From the NCBI GenBank assembly GCA_030698385.1, contig JAUYLZ010000033.1, positions 9,905 to 73,904 on the forward strand: 64,000 nucleotides of DNA, written 5' to 3'. This document shows positions 18,994 to 29,035 of this stretch, piece by piece (position 1 is the first letter of the stretch; every line of letters begins with the position of its first letter). The stretch is from a bacterium. GTDB taxonomy: Bacteria > Patescibacteriota > Patescibacteriia > Patescibacteriales > XYC2-FULL-47-12. Below the pieces are notes generated by a model that did not search any database, was not told the DNA's origin, and saw only the letters and a program-made list of their open reading frames with translations. The position numbers were made by a program, and so were the translations under genes.

Positions 18994-20181
18994 TTAATTT
19001 ACCAAACCTTCCAAGCCGGGCATTTTGTCGCCGGCAAGGTATGCTAACATCGCGCCGCCGCCGGTAGAAATCCAATCTACATAGTCCAACATTTTAGTTT
19101 GCTTCAGCGCTGATACTGTTTCACCGCCGCCGACTACGCCAAAAGCCTTACCGCTCGATACCGACGCGACAACTCTAGCTATGGCTAACGTACCATGTTT
19201 GAAATGATCATTTTCAAACATACCCATTGGACCATTCCAGATGATAGTTTTTGCTTTTTTTAGATAACGGCTGTATAGACGAATTGTCTCGGGACCAATA
19301 TCAAACTGCCAAACACTTTGCTTCAGATCCTTGGCTGAGTAAACTTTTATATCACCGTCTCCTTTTTTACCGGTTGCGGTCACGAAGTCAACCGGCAAAA
19401 TTATTTTTCTAGATAAAATACTCTTGGCCATTTTTTTTGCCTCCTGGCTGACCTTATATTTACCGGTACTGAATTTTTTTGCCGCCAAAAAATCATGACT
19501 AATCATACCGCCAACCAAAATAAAACTCGCTTTTTTCTTCAGGCTCTTGACCACCGGTACCTTGGTTTCAATTTTAGAACCGCCAATAACCAGCACTAGT
19601 GGTTTTTTTGGCCTTAGGGCTTTTTGTAAACTAATAATCTCTTCTTCTAGCAAAAGTCCGGCATATGATGGTAAAAATTTTTTGATAGCGGCAACCGAAG
19701 CGTGTCTGCGATGTGAAACCGCTATGGCATTATTCACGTAAATATCAGCTAGGTTGGCCAACTTTTTTGCGAAATTCTCATCATTTTTTTCCTCACCCTT
19801 GTAAAACCTTAAATTATCCAGAAGTATGATCTGGCCGTCTTTCAAAGCTTTAACGGCATTTTTTGCTCTTAAGCCAATTACATCATCAATATATCTAACT
19901 TTTTTCCCTAGTAACACAGACAACTTAGCGCAAATTGGATTTAATATAAACTTTTTGCTTTTTTTTCCATTCGGCCGGCCCAGGTGCGTAATCAAAACTA
20001 CCTTTGCCCCTTGCGAGGTAAGCAGACGAATTGTTGGCAAACTTTTAACGATTTTGAAATCATCAATCACCTTTTTACCGATAATTGGGACGCTAAAATC
20101 ACATCGGACTAAAATTACTTTGCCACGCAAATTTCTCACGCCTTTAATGGTTTTAATTTTTTTTTTATGAATAAATGACAT
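18994..20181 (-). CDS. pgk: phosphoglycerate kinase
   Basis: 395 aa. VILVRCDFSVP ... VLITHLGRP ... GGGAMLAYLAG, PGK signatures. Confidence 0.95.
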   Translation of the reverse strand: MSFIHKKKIKTIKGVRNLRGKVILVRCDFSVPIIGKKVIDDFKIVKSLPTIRLLTSQGAKVVLITHLGRPNGKKSKKFILNPICAKLSVLLGKKVRYIDDVIGLRAKNAVKALKDGQIILLDNLRFYKGEEKNDENFAKKLANLADIYVNNAIAVSHRRHASVAAIKKFLPSYAGLLLEEEIISLQKALRPKKPLVLVIGGSKIETKVPVVKSLKKKASFILVGGMISHDFLAAKKFSTGKYKVSQEAKKMAKSILSRKIILPVDFVTATGKKGDGDIKVYSAKDLKQSVWQFDIGPETIRLYSRYLKKAKTIIWNGPMGMFENDHFKHGTLAIARVVASVSSGKAFGVVGGGETVSALKQTKMLDYVDWISTGGGAMLAYLAGDKMPGLEGLVN

Positions 20182-20293
20182 TTTTTACTACAAAAATTTT
20201 AATACAAACTTACGTTAATTATACCACAAACTTTTCAGATATAAAAATTAAAACTTTCTTATCAAAGCCATTTTTTTATTCTTTAGCAAATAT

Positions 20294-21409
20294 TTATTTG
20301 TCCAAACCTAGAGTTAAATTAATTCTTCTGTCTTCATTTTGTCGAACTACCAATAGCTCGATATTTTCACCGGCTACCTTAGATAAAATCAGCTTGCTAA
20401 AACTGTTACTTTTATTGATTGAGTCGCCATTTACCTGCAGTACAATATCGCCTTCCTGCAAGCCGGCTAAGGCCGCCGGAGAATTTTTTTCAACAGCGCC
20501 TGAATCATTGCTTTTTGCTAGCAACGCGCCCTGAAGTTCTGTCGCGCCGATATAATCGTATAAATTAAGATAATGAACGCCAAGATACGGCCTGGAGATT
20601 TTTTCTTCTTTTAAAACCGTTGGCAATAGCAGTTTCAGGTAATTAATCGGCGTAACAATGCCGTCTTCGCTATAAAAACCAACTACAGACCCATCCAGTG
20701 AAAACACAAACTCGCCCGCACCAAGCGATGTGTTATTAACCTTGACAACCTGATAAAGCCGTTCACTAGATCTAACCAAGCTATCCGTTGTCTGAAAATT
20801 AGGGTCAGAAATATAAACTACGCTGGCAGTGCGTGAGTTAATGGCAATGACTAGCTGGCCAATTTCATAATCTGCATTTTCTGCGAACTGAACGGCTGTT
20901 AAATCATGGGCTTTTATTTTTACAAACCAGTATTTTGTCGCGGCGTCATAAAGTGTTTTTTCAATATCATAAATTTTTCCGCCGTGATCAACCATGACAA
21001 AATCATCAGTCGCGCTAACATCAATCAATGTGGCAACCCAGCCATCATTTGTCAAAACCAACCCTTCGCCAATTTTTTCGTCTACCAAATAATAACTGCT
21101 AAGATCCAATTGTCCGGCGGCTACTTTAGTTGCCGCTGTTTTTTTGTCATAAACCGCGACAATGCTTCTTTGGCCATCTTGAACTACTTGGCTGATTCTA
21201 TCGTTTTGCTGAACAACGACGTTTTTTGGCTGGCTAATGATTAGACTGCCGCTTTGGTAGTCGCTCCCCAAATTAATATCGCCAAACAATGGCACTCGAA
21301 ACGAAGAATTTAACGAATAAGACTTCATAAAAATACCGCCCAAGACTCCGCCCAGAAGGCTAATAATAATAATTGATATCAATATAAAAATTTTATAATT
21401 TCTAGACAT
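20294..21409 (-). CDS. membrane-anchored PDZ domain protein (HtrA-like architecture, catalytic triad not evident)
   Basis: 371 aa. N-terminal TM. C-terminal PDZ (SPAALAGLQEGDIVLQVNGDSINKSNSFSKLI). No clear GDSGGP/TNxHV protease motifs. Confidence 0.55.
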   Translation of the reverse strand: MSRNYKIFILISIIIISLLGGVLGGIFMKSYSLNSSFRVPLFGDINLGSDYQSGSLIISQPKNVVVQQNDRISQVVQDGQRSIVAVYDKKTAATKVAAGQLDLSSYYLVDEKIGEGLVLTNDGWVATLIDVSATDDFVMVDHGGKIYDIEKTLYDAATKYWFVKIKAHDLTAVQFAENADYEIGQLVIAINSRTASVVYISDPNFQTTDSLVRSSERLYQVVKVNNTSLGAGEFVFSLDGSVVGFYSEDGIVTPINYLKLLLPTVLKEEKISRPYLGVHYLNLYDYIGATELQGALLAKSNDSGAVEKNSPAALAGLQEGDIVLQVNGDSINKSNSFSKLILSKVAGENIELLVVRQNEDRRINLTLGLDK

Positions 21410-21412
21410 ATT

Positions 21413-22168
21413 TTATAACCATTTAGCAGAAAGTAAAATAATAGCGACGCAACTCAAACCAATTGAAAGGTAAGTTTGCAAAACTTTTTTATCCAATCTT
21501 TCTAATAAATACAGCAGTGTTAAATTAAGAATTATATAATAAATAATAGCCAAACTTAATCCGGAAATAAAATGCGTTACTGAAAAAAAAGTTATTGACC
21601 AAAAAAATTCAACCATCACGACACTAACGACAATTGACGCGAAAAAACACAAACGTTGTTCAATTTTATTGATCCAAAAAAACTGGTAAGCGGAAAAAAA
21701 AGTCACAATAATCACGATCAAAGCCAGATACCATGAACGCATATTTAAAAAAATCATCAAACCAAAAATAATTGTACTGAAAAACAAATAACTAACAACG
21801 CTAGAGTAAGACGACGCGCTCTCCAAAGTCAAAGGCTTGTAGCTCGTGATACGCCTCAAAAAGTAGTATAGATATGTGTAGTAATAAAAAAGCCCGGTCG
21901 CGGCTAATACGGCAATACCATGTTGAAGGTAAATGTTATTTAAAAAAATAAAATAAAGTGTTGTAAATATCTCCAGACAAACTACCGGAATTATTAATAA
22001 CAAAAAATTTTTGTCAAAAATCTGATAACTATTAAAATGCAGGACTAATACGCAAGCTGCCGCAACAACAGCTAAGCTATAAAAAAAAGACTGCGGTTTT
22101 AAAATTAAAAATTCCCAAGCAATAAAAGTCGTCAAAGAAATAATAATCGGTATAAATCGTGCGAACAT
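21413..22168 (-). CDS. hypothetical polytopic membrane protein
   Basis: 251 aa with ~8 hydrophobic segments. Confidence 0.45.
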   Translation of the reverse strand: MFARFIPIIISLTTFIAWEFLILKPQSFFYSLAVVAAACVLVLHFNSYQIFDKNFLLLIIPVVCLEIFTTLYFIFLNNIYLQHGIAVLAATGLFYYYTYLYYFLRRITSYKPLTLESASSYSSVVSYLFFSTIIFGLMIFLNMRSWYLALIVIIVTFFSAYQFFWINKIEQRLCFFASIVVSVVMVEFFWSITFFSVTHFISGLSLAIIYYIILNLTLLYLLERLDKKVLQTYLSIGLSCVAIILLSAKWL

Positions 22169-22173
22169 ATTTA

Positions 22174-22602
22174 TTATAGTTCATTTAGCCAGCTGTTTTC
22201 GGCCAAAATTTTTTCAAAGCTTGCTTTTGCCTGTTCTGAAGACAGACCTTGATCAATGCGTTCAAGCAGAATTACCAACTGCGCGTGACCGTCGCGGTAG
22301 GTCTTTGGCACTGTTAAACTAAGCAATGAATTTTTTAATTCAGCAATTTTTTCAACATTTTGATTGTCGATAAAATCTTGGTACTGCGCCATAACTGCTT
22401 TTATTTCAACTAAATATTTGTCCGTCATCTTCTTGGTATCTACGCTGACTGGCGGCGCGGCCTGCTCCGTCTCCAGTTCTAGAGATTTATTATTTGATTC
22501 TAGAAAATCATCTGAAACAGACGTAAACCAAATAAACAAACCGACCATTATCGCGCCAATAACTATAATAATTAAAATTATTAAACTTTTTTCTTTTAAC
22601 AT
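22174..22602 (-). CDS. hypothetical membrane-anchored protein
   Basis: 142 aa. Single N-terminal TM, then a helical soluble domain. Confidence 0.45.
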   Translation of the reverse strand: MLKEKSLIILIIIVIGAIMVGLFIWFTSVSDDFLESNNKSLELETEQAAPPVSVDTKKMTDKYLVEIKAVMAQYQDFIDNQNVEKIAELKNSLLSLTVPKTYRDGHAQLVILLERIDQGLSSEQAKASFEKILAENSWLNEL

Positions 22603-22635
22603 AATAATTATTTAATACAAAAATATTTTAAACTA

Positions 22636-23382
22636 CTACTTTTTATTAAAACCATCAAAGGCGCGCAACACCTCCAGCGGCACCGCAAATATAACAGTAT
22701 TTGACTGATCGGAACTCAAATCATTAATTGACTGCAAGGTGCGCAAATGCAGCGCGCCGGGTGATTCGTTTAAAATACGCGCGGCCTTGGCCATGTTTTC
22801 CGCCGCAGCCACCTCGCCCTCGGCTTTGATGATAACCGCGCGTTTTTCACGCTCGGCCTCGGCCTGCTTGGCGATGGTGCGCTCCATGTCAGCCGGCAAC
22901 GACACGTCTTTGAGCTCGACATTTTCCACCTTTATACCCCACGCGTCCGAGGTCTTATCAACGATATCGCGAATGCGTTCGGAGATTTTTTCGCGCTCGG
23001 CGAGCAGTTCGTCTAAACTGACCGCACCGACAATATTGCGCATGGTGGTCTGCGCCAGCTGTGAAATGGCATAGCGAAAGTTCTCTACCTCAATAATCGC
23101 TTTTCCGGCATCGGAAACTTTATAATAAATTACCGCGTTCACGGTTACCGAGATATTATCTTTGGTAATGGCCTTTTGATCCGGCACGTCCACCGCTTTT
23201 ACGCGCATATCCACCTTTTGCATGGACTGAAACACGGGAATCACCACCCGCCAGCCAGGTTCTTTGATGGCGGTAAACTTACCGAGTGTAAACATCACAC
23301 CGCGTTCGTACTGGTTGACCTGCTTTAAAACAACTACCGCGATAACGATAATTGCAACTACAATTGGTATAATATTTTCCAT
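22636..23382 (-). CDS. SPFH/band 7 (stomatin-like) protein
   Basis: 248 aa. N-terminal TM then SPFH core (YERGVMFTLGKFTAIKEPGWRVVIPVFQSMQKVDMRV ... NISVTVNAVIYYKV) and a coiled-coil tail. Confidence 0.8.
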   Translation of the reverse strand: MENIIPIVVAIIVIAVVVLKQVNQYERGVMFTLGKFTAIKEPGWRVVIPVFQSMQKVDMRVKAVDVPDQKAITKDNISVTVNAVIYYKVSDAGKAIIEVENFRYAISQLAQTTMRNIVGAVSLDELLAEREKISERIRDIVDKTSDAWGIKVENVELKDVSLPADMERTIAKQAEAEREKRAVIIKAEGEVAAAENMAKAARILNESPGALHLRTLQSINDLSSDQSNTVIFAVPLEVLRAFDGFNKK

Positions 23383-23454
23383 ATGGTTAGAATTAGTATT
23401 AAATATTAAGAATAAAAATAAATACCCCAGAACTTAACTTATATTTTATATAAT

Positions 23455-23988
23455 CTAATAAAGTTTTTTATTTTCCAAATGAATTAGAGCTGTTCTAAGC
23501 GCCTGCTTGGTGTACTCTCGCCGCGTCAACTTGCCGCGCGTCAGCCAGCCTATCATGCCTTCGCTGTAACCGATGCGGCTGTTGTCACTCAAGCCCAGCT
23601 CGTGCACCGCTTGATCAACTTCTATGCCGCGTTCGATAATTAATTTTGTAACCTCTATCGGATACTCAAAACAAGAAGATAAACCAATATGAAATTGCGA
23701 ACCATCATAAATGGCGCCGGCGCAAAAATCCATATAGCCAGTCTTGGTCCGCGGCACCTTCATCAAGCCGCTTTCTAAACCTATGCTGTAATCACAATTT
23801 TTAAAGGCGTTACGCGCGCGATTTAATGCGCCTTGAATGGTTTCATCTAGACTGGTCGGCTGATCGGAAACATCTGACGCCGCCGCCACGGAGTCAACCG
23901 CGGCGTTTTTTAAAAAATCATACTCTTGAATAATTTCCTCAACAGCGGCGACTTTCTGCGGATTTTTTGAGCCAACAGTAATTTTCAT
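23455..23988 (-). CDS. inosine/xanthosine triphosphatase YjjX-like (DUF84, Maf/Ham1 superfamily)
   Basis: 177 aa. VGSKNPQKVAAV ... SDQPTSLDETIQGALNRARNA ... ESG ... GWLTRGKLTRREYTKQALRTALI aligns with E. coli YjjX (ATTNPAKI...[22 protein letters not shown]...GVFTAGKLTRAS). Confidence 0.7.
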   Translation of the reverse strand: MKITVGSKNPQKVAAVEEIIQEYDFLKNAAVDSVAAASDVSDQPTSLDETIQGALNRARNAFKNCDYSIGLESGLMKVPRTKTGYMDFCAGAIYDGSQFHIGLSSCFEYPIEVTKLIIERGIEVDQAVHELGLSDNSRIGYSEGMIGWLTRGKLTRREYTKQALRTALIHLENKKLY

Positions 23989-24431
23989 AAATTATCTGAA
24001 TCAATAATAATCGTTGTCGGCCCGTCGTTGATTAAACTGACTGCCATGTGCTCCTGAAATTTACCGGTCTGCACCGGCACCTTCATCGCTTTAACTTGCG
24101 CGATAAACTTTTCGTAGTAATCATTGGCTTTTTCCGGCCGTGCACTTTTGATAAAACTGGGACGATTGCCCTTGGTGCAATCACCATAGAGCGTGAACTG
24201 CGAAACAATCAAGATACTGCCATTCACGTCTTGAACTGACTTGTTCATCTTGCCTTCGCTGTCTGAAAAAATTCTTAAACTAACTACTTTATTCACCAAC
24301 CAGTCAATATCCTTTTGTCCGTCGTTTTCGTGAACTGCCAGAAGAACCAAAAGGCCTTGGTTGATTTTACCGACAATTTTATTTTCAATTTTTACGCTGG
24401 CATTTTTAACGCGCTGAACAACTGTTCTCAT
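23985..24431 (-). CDS. dtd: D-aminoacyl-tRNA deacylase
   Basis: 148 aa. MRTVVQRV...VLLAV...SQFTLYGD...GNRPSF, Dtd signature. Overlaps yjjX-like by 4 bp. Confidence 0.9.
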   Translation of the reverse strand: MRTVVQRVKNASVKIENKIVGKINQGLLVLLAVHENDGQKDIDWLVNKVVSLRIFSDSEGKMNKSVQDVNGSILIVSQFTLYGDCTKGNRPSFIKSARPEKANDYYEKFIAQVKAMKVPVQTGKFQEHMAVSLINDGPTTIIIDSDNL

Positions 24432-24562
24432 GAATTTTAATTCTCAATTTCCATTTGCCAATTTTCATTCAATTGCCAAATATCAATTAATAAATTTTGG
24501 TCACTAAAAATTAGTCATTAAATGAATCCGCCAGCTGGCGGAGAAAATTGATTATTGAAAAT

Positions 24563-24901
24563 TTATACTGAAAAAGCGCCCGCCGCTTCAGCCTCCATTT
24601 CAGCCCATTTGCCGCTATCTTCATCCAGCTTGTACGCTTTGAAGGTATTAGAAAATTCGTCTTCACTATAAATATAATCCACGGCGGTTTCCGAACCGAT
24701 TCGCCGCGAACCAATGGTTTTTTTGTCGAGCAAAATAGGTTTGGTAATATATTCCAGTCTCATCTTGCCCAACGGTCCTTGAAAAATTATAAAATCAATT
24801 TTTGAATTTGGCACATCTTCAACCGTACCCTCGCCTTCTTCGTCAACACCGAACTGATCTTTTACCATGCCGACGATTTGTTGCCATTTTTCCAGCTGCA
24901 T
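24563..24901 (-). CDS. hypothetical protein
   Basis: 112 aa acidic protein between pilT and dtd with no motif. Confidence 0.45.
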   Translation of the reverse strand: MQLEKWQQIVGMVKDQFGVDEEGEGTVEDVPNSKIDFIIFQGPLGKMRLEYITKPILLDKKTIGSRRIGSETAVDYIYSEDEFSNTFKAYKLDEDSGKWAEMEAEAAGAFSV

Positions 24902-24905
24902 AAAT

Positions 24906-25952
24906 TTAATAATAAGCGTTTTTTGTTTCTAAATCACGTTTGCGGTTTTCAGCGATTTTTACGTCTACCAAACCTTCTCTTACTAACTCGTCAATTGAAT
25001 TATTCATTGTTATCATGCCCTCGCTGAGGCTGGTTTGCATAGTTGTTATAATCTGCTCAATTTCATTGCGGCGAATCAGATTAGAAACTGCCCGGTTGTT
25101 TAATAAAATTTCACGAGCGACAATTCTGCCGCCATTCTTGGCCGGCAACAGTTCCTGAGCGATAATCGCGCGCAAATTAGAAGCGAGCTGATTCAATATC
25201 TGCGAATGATTATCTGTCGGAAAAAAATCAACAATGCGCTGAATAGTCTCCGGCGCGGTTGAAGTATGCAGAGTAGACATTAATAAATGTCCGGTTTCAG
25301 CGGCCGTAATCGCCGCCGAAACTGTTTCCAAATCACGCATTTCTCCGACCATAATGACATTCGGATCTTGACGCAATGCCGAGCGCAGGGCCTTGGCAAA
25401 AGAATTTGTGTCAACGCCAAGCTCTCTTTGCTCAATAATACTTCTTTGTTCGGTAAAAAGAAACTCAACCGGATCTTCAATAGTAATAATATGCGCCTTG
25501 CGTTCATTATTGATAATATCAATCATGGCGGCCAGCGTAGAGCTTTTGCCGCAACCGGATGGACCAACAACCAAAATCATGCCGTCACGCAAATGAGTCA
25601 AGTTGTAAATCGTTTCACTGAAACGCAAATTTGTCGGAGACGGCACTTGGCTGGGGATGATGCGCGCGGTCATAGCTATCTTTCCTTCCTGCCTATGAAC
25701 ATTTACGCGGAAACGATGATTCTTGAACTCATAAGCAAAATCAAGCTCTTTTTCTTTTTTGAACTTTTCCTCCAAATCGCTGCCAATTAAATTAAAAATA
25801 GCCACTCTTAATTCTCCACTGCTAAGCGGCTTAATTTCGTCTAATTTTACCAAATCCTCGCCAATACGGACAGCCGGAAAAGAGCCGCCGACCATATGCA
25901 GGTCAGCAGCCATTTTATCAATAGCTAGTTGAAAATAGTCTTTTATATCCAT
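24906..25952 (-). CDS. pilT: type IV pilus retraction ATPase PilT
   Basis: 348 aa. Walker A GPSGCGKSST, then IITIEDPVEF, His box and AIRNLIRE-like motifs of PilT/PilU. Confidence 0.9.
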   Translation of the reverse strand: MDIKDYFQLAIDKMAADLHMVGGSFPAVRIGEDLVKLDEIKPLSSGELRVAIFNLIGSDLEEKFKKEKELDFAYEFKNHRFRVNVHRQEGKIAMTARIIPSQVPSPTNLRFSETIYNLTHLRDGMILVVGPSGCGKSSTLAAMIDIINNERKAHIITIEDPVEFLFTEQRSIIEQRELGVDTNSFAKALRSALRQDPNVIMVGEMRDLETVSAAITAAETGHLLMSTLHTSTAPETIQRIVDFFPTDNHSQILNQLASNLRAIIAQELLPAKNGGRIVAREILLNNRAVSNLIRRNEIEQIITTMQTSLSEGMITMNNSIDELVREGLVDVKIAENRKRDLETKNAYY

Positions 25953-25995
25953 ATCATTAGTATATCACAAGATTTCTTTTTGACTATGTTGACAT

Positions 25996-26379
25996 TTATT
26001 GATATTTCTGATTTTGGTAATAAAGTTTAAAAATATAGACAACTACCATCGCGCCAATAACATCAAATAATAAGTCATAAAAACTAACCCCCCGCCCTAG
26101 AGTAAACCCCTGATGCCACTCGTCGGTAATACCGTAGAAAAAACAAAATAATATTGTGAGATAAGCAATTTTATAATATTTAATTTTAAATTCAGTCAAA
26201 AATAAAATTATCAGATATGACAATATACCAAAAAATAATAGATGCGCGCTTTTGTCCGAAAAATATTCAATTAACGTTTTATCCCTTTGCGGATCAATGT
26301 TTGGCGTGGGAATGCTTGAAGACAAAAAAATCATCAGCATCCAAACGATTACTAAGGTGGATTTTAAGTATTTTTTCAT
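25996..26379 (-). CDS. VanZ-like membrane protein
   Basis: 127 aa, 4 TM, with a GITDEWHQ motif typical of VanZ. Confidence 0.6.
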   Translation of the reverse strand: MKKYLKSTLVIVWMLMIFLSSSIPTPNIDPQRDKTLIEYFSDKSAHLLFFGILSYLIILFLTEFKIKYYKIAYLTILFCFFYGITDEWHQGFTLGRGVSFYDLLFDVIGAMVVVYIFKLYYQNQKYQ

Positions 26380-26489
26380 AATTAAAGAAAACCTCTCTAA
26401 ATACTGCTAATAAAGAGAGGTTTGGTATGCTACTGCTAAAAGTGTGTGGCAATACTGTCTAATTCTTGCAAAAAATTCATAAAAGTACG

Positions 26490-27575
26490 TTACCATATAA
26501 TGATTTTTTTAACAATAAACCAATACCAGTTAAAAATTGGATTGATCAAACGCAATTTAATATCGTCAACTTCTTGGTACCAAATTCGCCCGCTAAACAT
26601 TTTAACAATTACTCTGTCTTGGACTTTGCGTATTTTTTGGCTTTGTTTTCTGGAATTATATAAATAGAGCCAAACGCGCGGCTTGCAAAAATAAAACCAA
26701 ACTCTCGCCTTCTCGCGAAACCAGCCGCTTTTTAGCGAAAATAAAACCAAGCCAAATTCCATAATAACAAAGGCCGGCATTATTAAAATCAAGGTCAGCC
26801 AATGATAATTTTTTATCATCGCGACAATTCGATTCCGGTCCAGCCAATAGTATTTTTTAACTGACCGGGAAAATTCATATTTATGATAAACCACCGCGTT
26901 TGGCGCCAAAACACATTTATAGCCGGACAGCCAAATTCGCCAGCCCAAATCCTGATCTTCATTGTACATCCAGAACTCCTCATCAAAAAGTCCGATGTGT
27001 TCCAATACTTCTTTTTTTAATAAAACCGCCGCGCCGGAGGGATAAGCTATGTCAGTTAATCTATGATTTTTGTCCCGCCATGGCGGTATTAATTGATTAT
27101 TATCTTTAAACTTTTCACGGTAACCTTTGCTAAATCCAAACCCTAGAAAATGCGTTACGTTGCCCAAACTATTAACGACATTAGGTTTATCAGCGAGCAT
27201 TAACCGCGCCTGTACCGCCCCGATTTTTTTATTACTTTTAATCGCGCTGACTAAATTTTTGACGCAATCTTTGTCGGCGACAGTATCCATGTTCAATAGA
27301 AAAATATAATCACAGCCGTTTATCATTGCCTGTTTTATGCCGTCATTATTTCCTTTGGCAAAACCGTCATTATTTAAATTTCGAATAACTTCGGCTGCCG
27401 GGGCATGTTTTTTTATAAAAACAAAAGATTCAGCGCTGGTCTTATTATCAACAATAAAAAGTTGGGTTATGCCATCCCAACTTTGTTTACGCAAGCCAGT
27501 CAAACATTCAGGCAAAAACTTATTTGCGTAATCTTTGTAATTGACAATTACGATACCGACTTTTTCTGGCGCCAT
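26490..27575 (-). CDS. family 2 glycosyltransferase with C-terminal TM domain
   Basis: 361 aa. VGIVIVNYKD ... FIVDN ... DxD-like MDTV ... C-terminal hydrophobic helices. Confidence 0.8.
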   Translation of the reverse strand: MAPEKVGIVIVNYKDYANKFLPECLTGLRKQSWDGITQLFIVDNKTSAESFVFIKKHAPAAEVIRNLNNDGFAKGNNDGIKQAMINGCDYIFLLNMDTVADKDCVKNLVSAIKSNKKIGAVQARLMLADKPNVVNSLGNVTHFLGFGFSKGYREKFKDNNQLIPPWRDKNHRLTDIAYPSGAAVLLKKEVLEHIGLFDEEFWMYNEDQDLGWRIWLSGYKCVLAPNAVVYHKYEFSRSVKKYYWLDRNRIVAMIKNYHWLTLILIMPAFVIMEFGLVLFSLKSGWFREKARVWFYFCKPRVWLYLYNSRKQSQKIRKVQDRVIVKMFSGRIWYQEVDDIKLRLINPIFNWYWFIVKKIIIW

Positions 27576-27627
27576 GGCAATTTATTAAATAAATATTTAT
27601 TCCACCCGATTATTTGCAACCATCTCA

Positions 27628-27969
27628 TTATTCTTTTTTGTTATTAAAAATAGCGAGCGCCTGCACAAGCTTGGTTATTTCGCGCTCTAGGCGCGCCAAG
27701 CGGATTCGCATCCGAAAGATAAAATAAAAAAGCATCACGACCGCGAGATACAGCAAAACTTCAATACCGGAGGCGCTGAAACCAAAATTACCGACCAAGG
27801 CGTCAATTCGGCGCAAAAATAAAATTGCCAGCGCCGCCAACAGCCAAAAAACAAACCAAAAGCTGAATTCGGAACTATTGATTTGTTTTAGTCTTTTTTG
27901 CTGCCAAAGCCGAGCGATAAAAAATAAGACGAAAACTAAGGCAATAAATTGTTGGATGGTTATATTCAT
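27628..27969 (-). CDS. DUF2304-like small membrane protein (GT-associated)
   Basis: 113 aa with 3 TM. Overlaps the upstream GT2 stop by 4 bp, a typical DUF2304 placement. Confidence 0.5.
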   Translation of the reverse strand: MNITIQQFIALVFVLFFIARLWQQKRLKQINSSEFSFWFVFWLLAALAILFLRRIDALVGNFGFSASGIEVLLYLAVVMLFYFIFRMRIRLARLEREITKLVQALAIFNNKKE

Positions 27970-28637
27970 TTTAAAAACTTACCAAAAATTATATCTTTAA
28001 TGATTGCGAAACCGCCGGAAAATTTTTGTCCAAAATCGTAGTAAACTACGGTTATCGGCACTTCTTTGATTTTTAAATTATTTTTGTGGGCATTGTGCAA
28101 TATCTCGGAGCAATGCGCCATTTTGTCCTGTTGCCAATCAATATCCTTCATAGCGCTGGCGCGAAAAGCGCGCAGTCCTGATTGCGGATCGGTTAGTTTT
28201 ATGCCGAAAAAAATCTGGTTAAACAGGCGCGCGACAGGCAAAATAAAATTTTTCTTAAAACTCGGAATGTCTGATTTTTTTTCCAAAAATCTTGAACCAA
28301 AAACTATGTCTGTTTCGCTTTTCAATATCGGCTTAATTAAATCATTAATTTCATTCGCCTGAAACTGCGCATCGGCATCAAAATGAACAATAATATCCGC
28401 TGCTTTCATTATGGCATATTTTGTGCCGGTTTTCAACGCGGCTCCTTGTCCGCGATTGATTAAATGCCGCAAAACTTTCACGCCGCGCTTTGCGGCTATT
28501 TCAACAGTATTATCAGTTGACGCGTCATCAACTATGATTATTTGAAAATTTTCATTAGCAATTAAAATATCATCAATAACGCGCGCTATCGTTTTTTCTT
28601 CATTAAAAGCTGGAATGACAATATAAATTTTCTCCAT
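27966..28637 (-). CDS. family 2 glycosyltransferase, polyprenyl-phosphate sugar synthase (DPM1-like)
   Basis: 223 aa. IVIPAFNEEKTIARVIDDIL ... IIVDDASTDNT ... DADAQF. Confidence 0.85.
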   Translation of the reverse strand: MEKIYIVIPAFNEEKTIARVIDDILIANENFQIIIVDDASTDNTVEIAAKRGVKVLRHLINRGQGAALKTGTKYAIMKAADIIVHFDADAQFQANEINDLIKPILKSETDIVFGSRFLEKKSDIPSFKKNFILPVARLFNQIFFGIKLTDPQSGLRAFRASAMKDIDWQQDKMAHCSEILHNAHKNNLKIKEVPITVVYYDFGQKFSGGFAIIKDIIFGKFLK

Positions 28638-28727
28638 TTTTTTTATAATTATACAACTGTCTCAACTATATAAATTAAGTCCTTGAAGCAATTTAGTCAA
28701 GGACTTATTTATTTTATCTTAAAATAA

Positions 28728-29024
28728 TTAATGTATAGTTTCAGCGCTGTTATTTTTTATCCCGATCTTTTCTTTATCTTCATTTAACTCTTTTAATAAC
28801 AATTCAGCCGCTTTTTCATAACCTTCTAACTTTGCTGTTTCAATTATGTTGGGATCTTTATTCAAAACTTTTCTAATAATAACACTATTCGCGGCCAAAA
28901 AACTTATTTTATCAATCTCATCTTCAAAACCAAGTATTTCTAATAATTTTGCCTGCACGGCCATTTCATGCCCCCGGTCTGTTTTTATATCTTTTCTTTG
29001 TTGCGGAAAATTTATTTGTTCCAT
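28728..29024 (-). CDS. hypothetical protein
   Basis: 98 aa helical, no motif. Confidence 0.4.
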   Translation of the reverse strand: MEQINFPQQRKDIKTDRGHEMAVQAKLLEILGFEDEIDKISFLAANSVIIRKVLNKDPNIIETAKLEGYEKAAELLLKELNEDKEKIGIKNNSAETIH

Positions 29025-29035
29025 ATTTTTATATT

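Noticed and set aside
20294-21409. Calling the PDZ protein an HtrA/DegP serine protease
   Set aside because: Could not locate the His-Asp-Ser triad motifs (TNxHV / GNSGGPL) by eye, so only the PDZ architecture is asserted.
25287-25790. 167-aa + ORF and other antisense ORFs in pilT
   Set aside because: Antisense to pilT, which has unambiguous Walker motifs.
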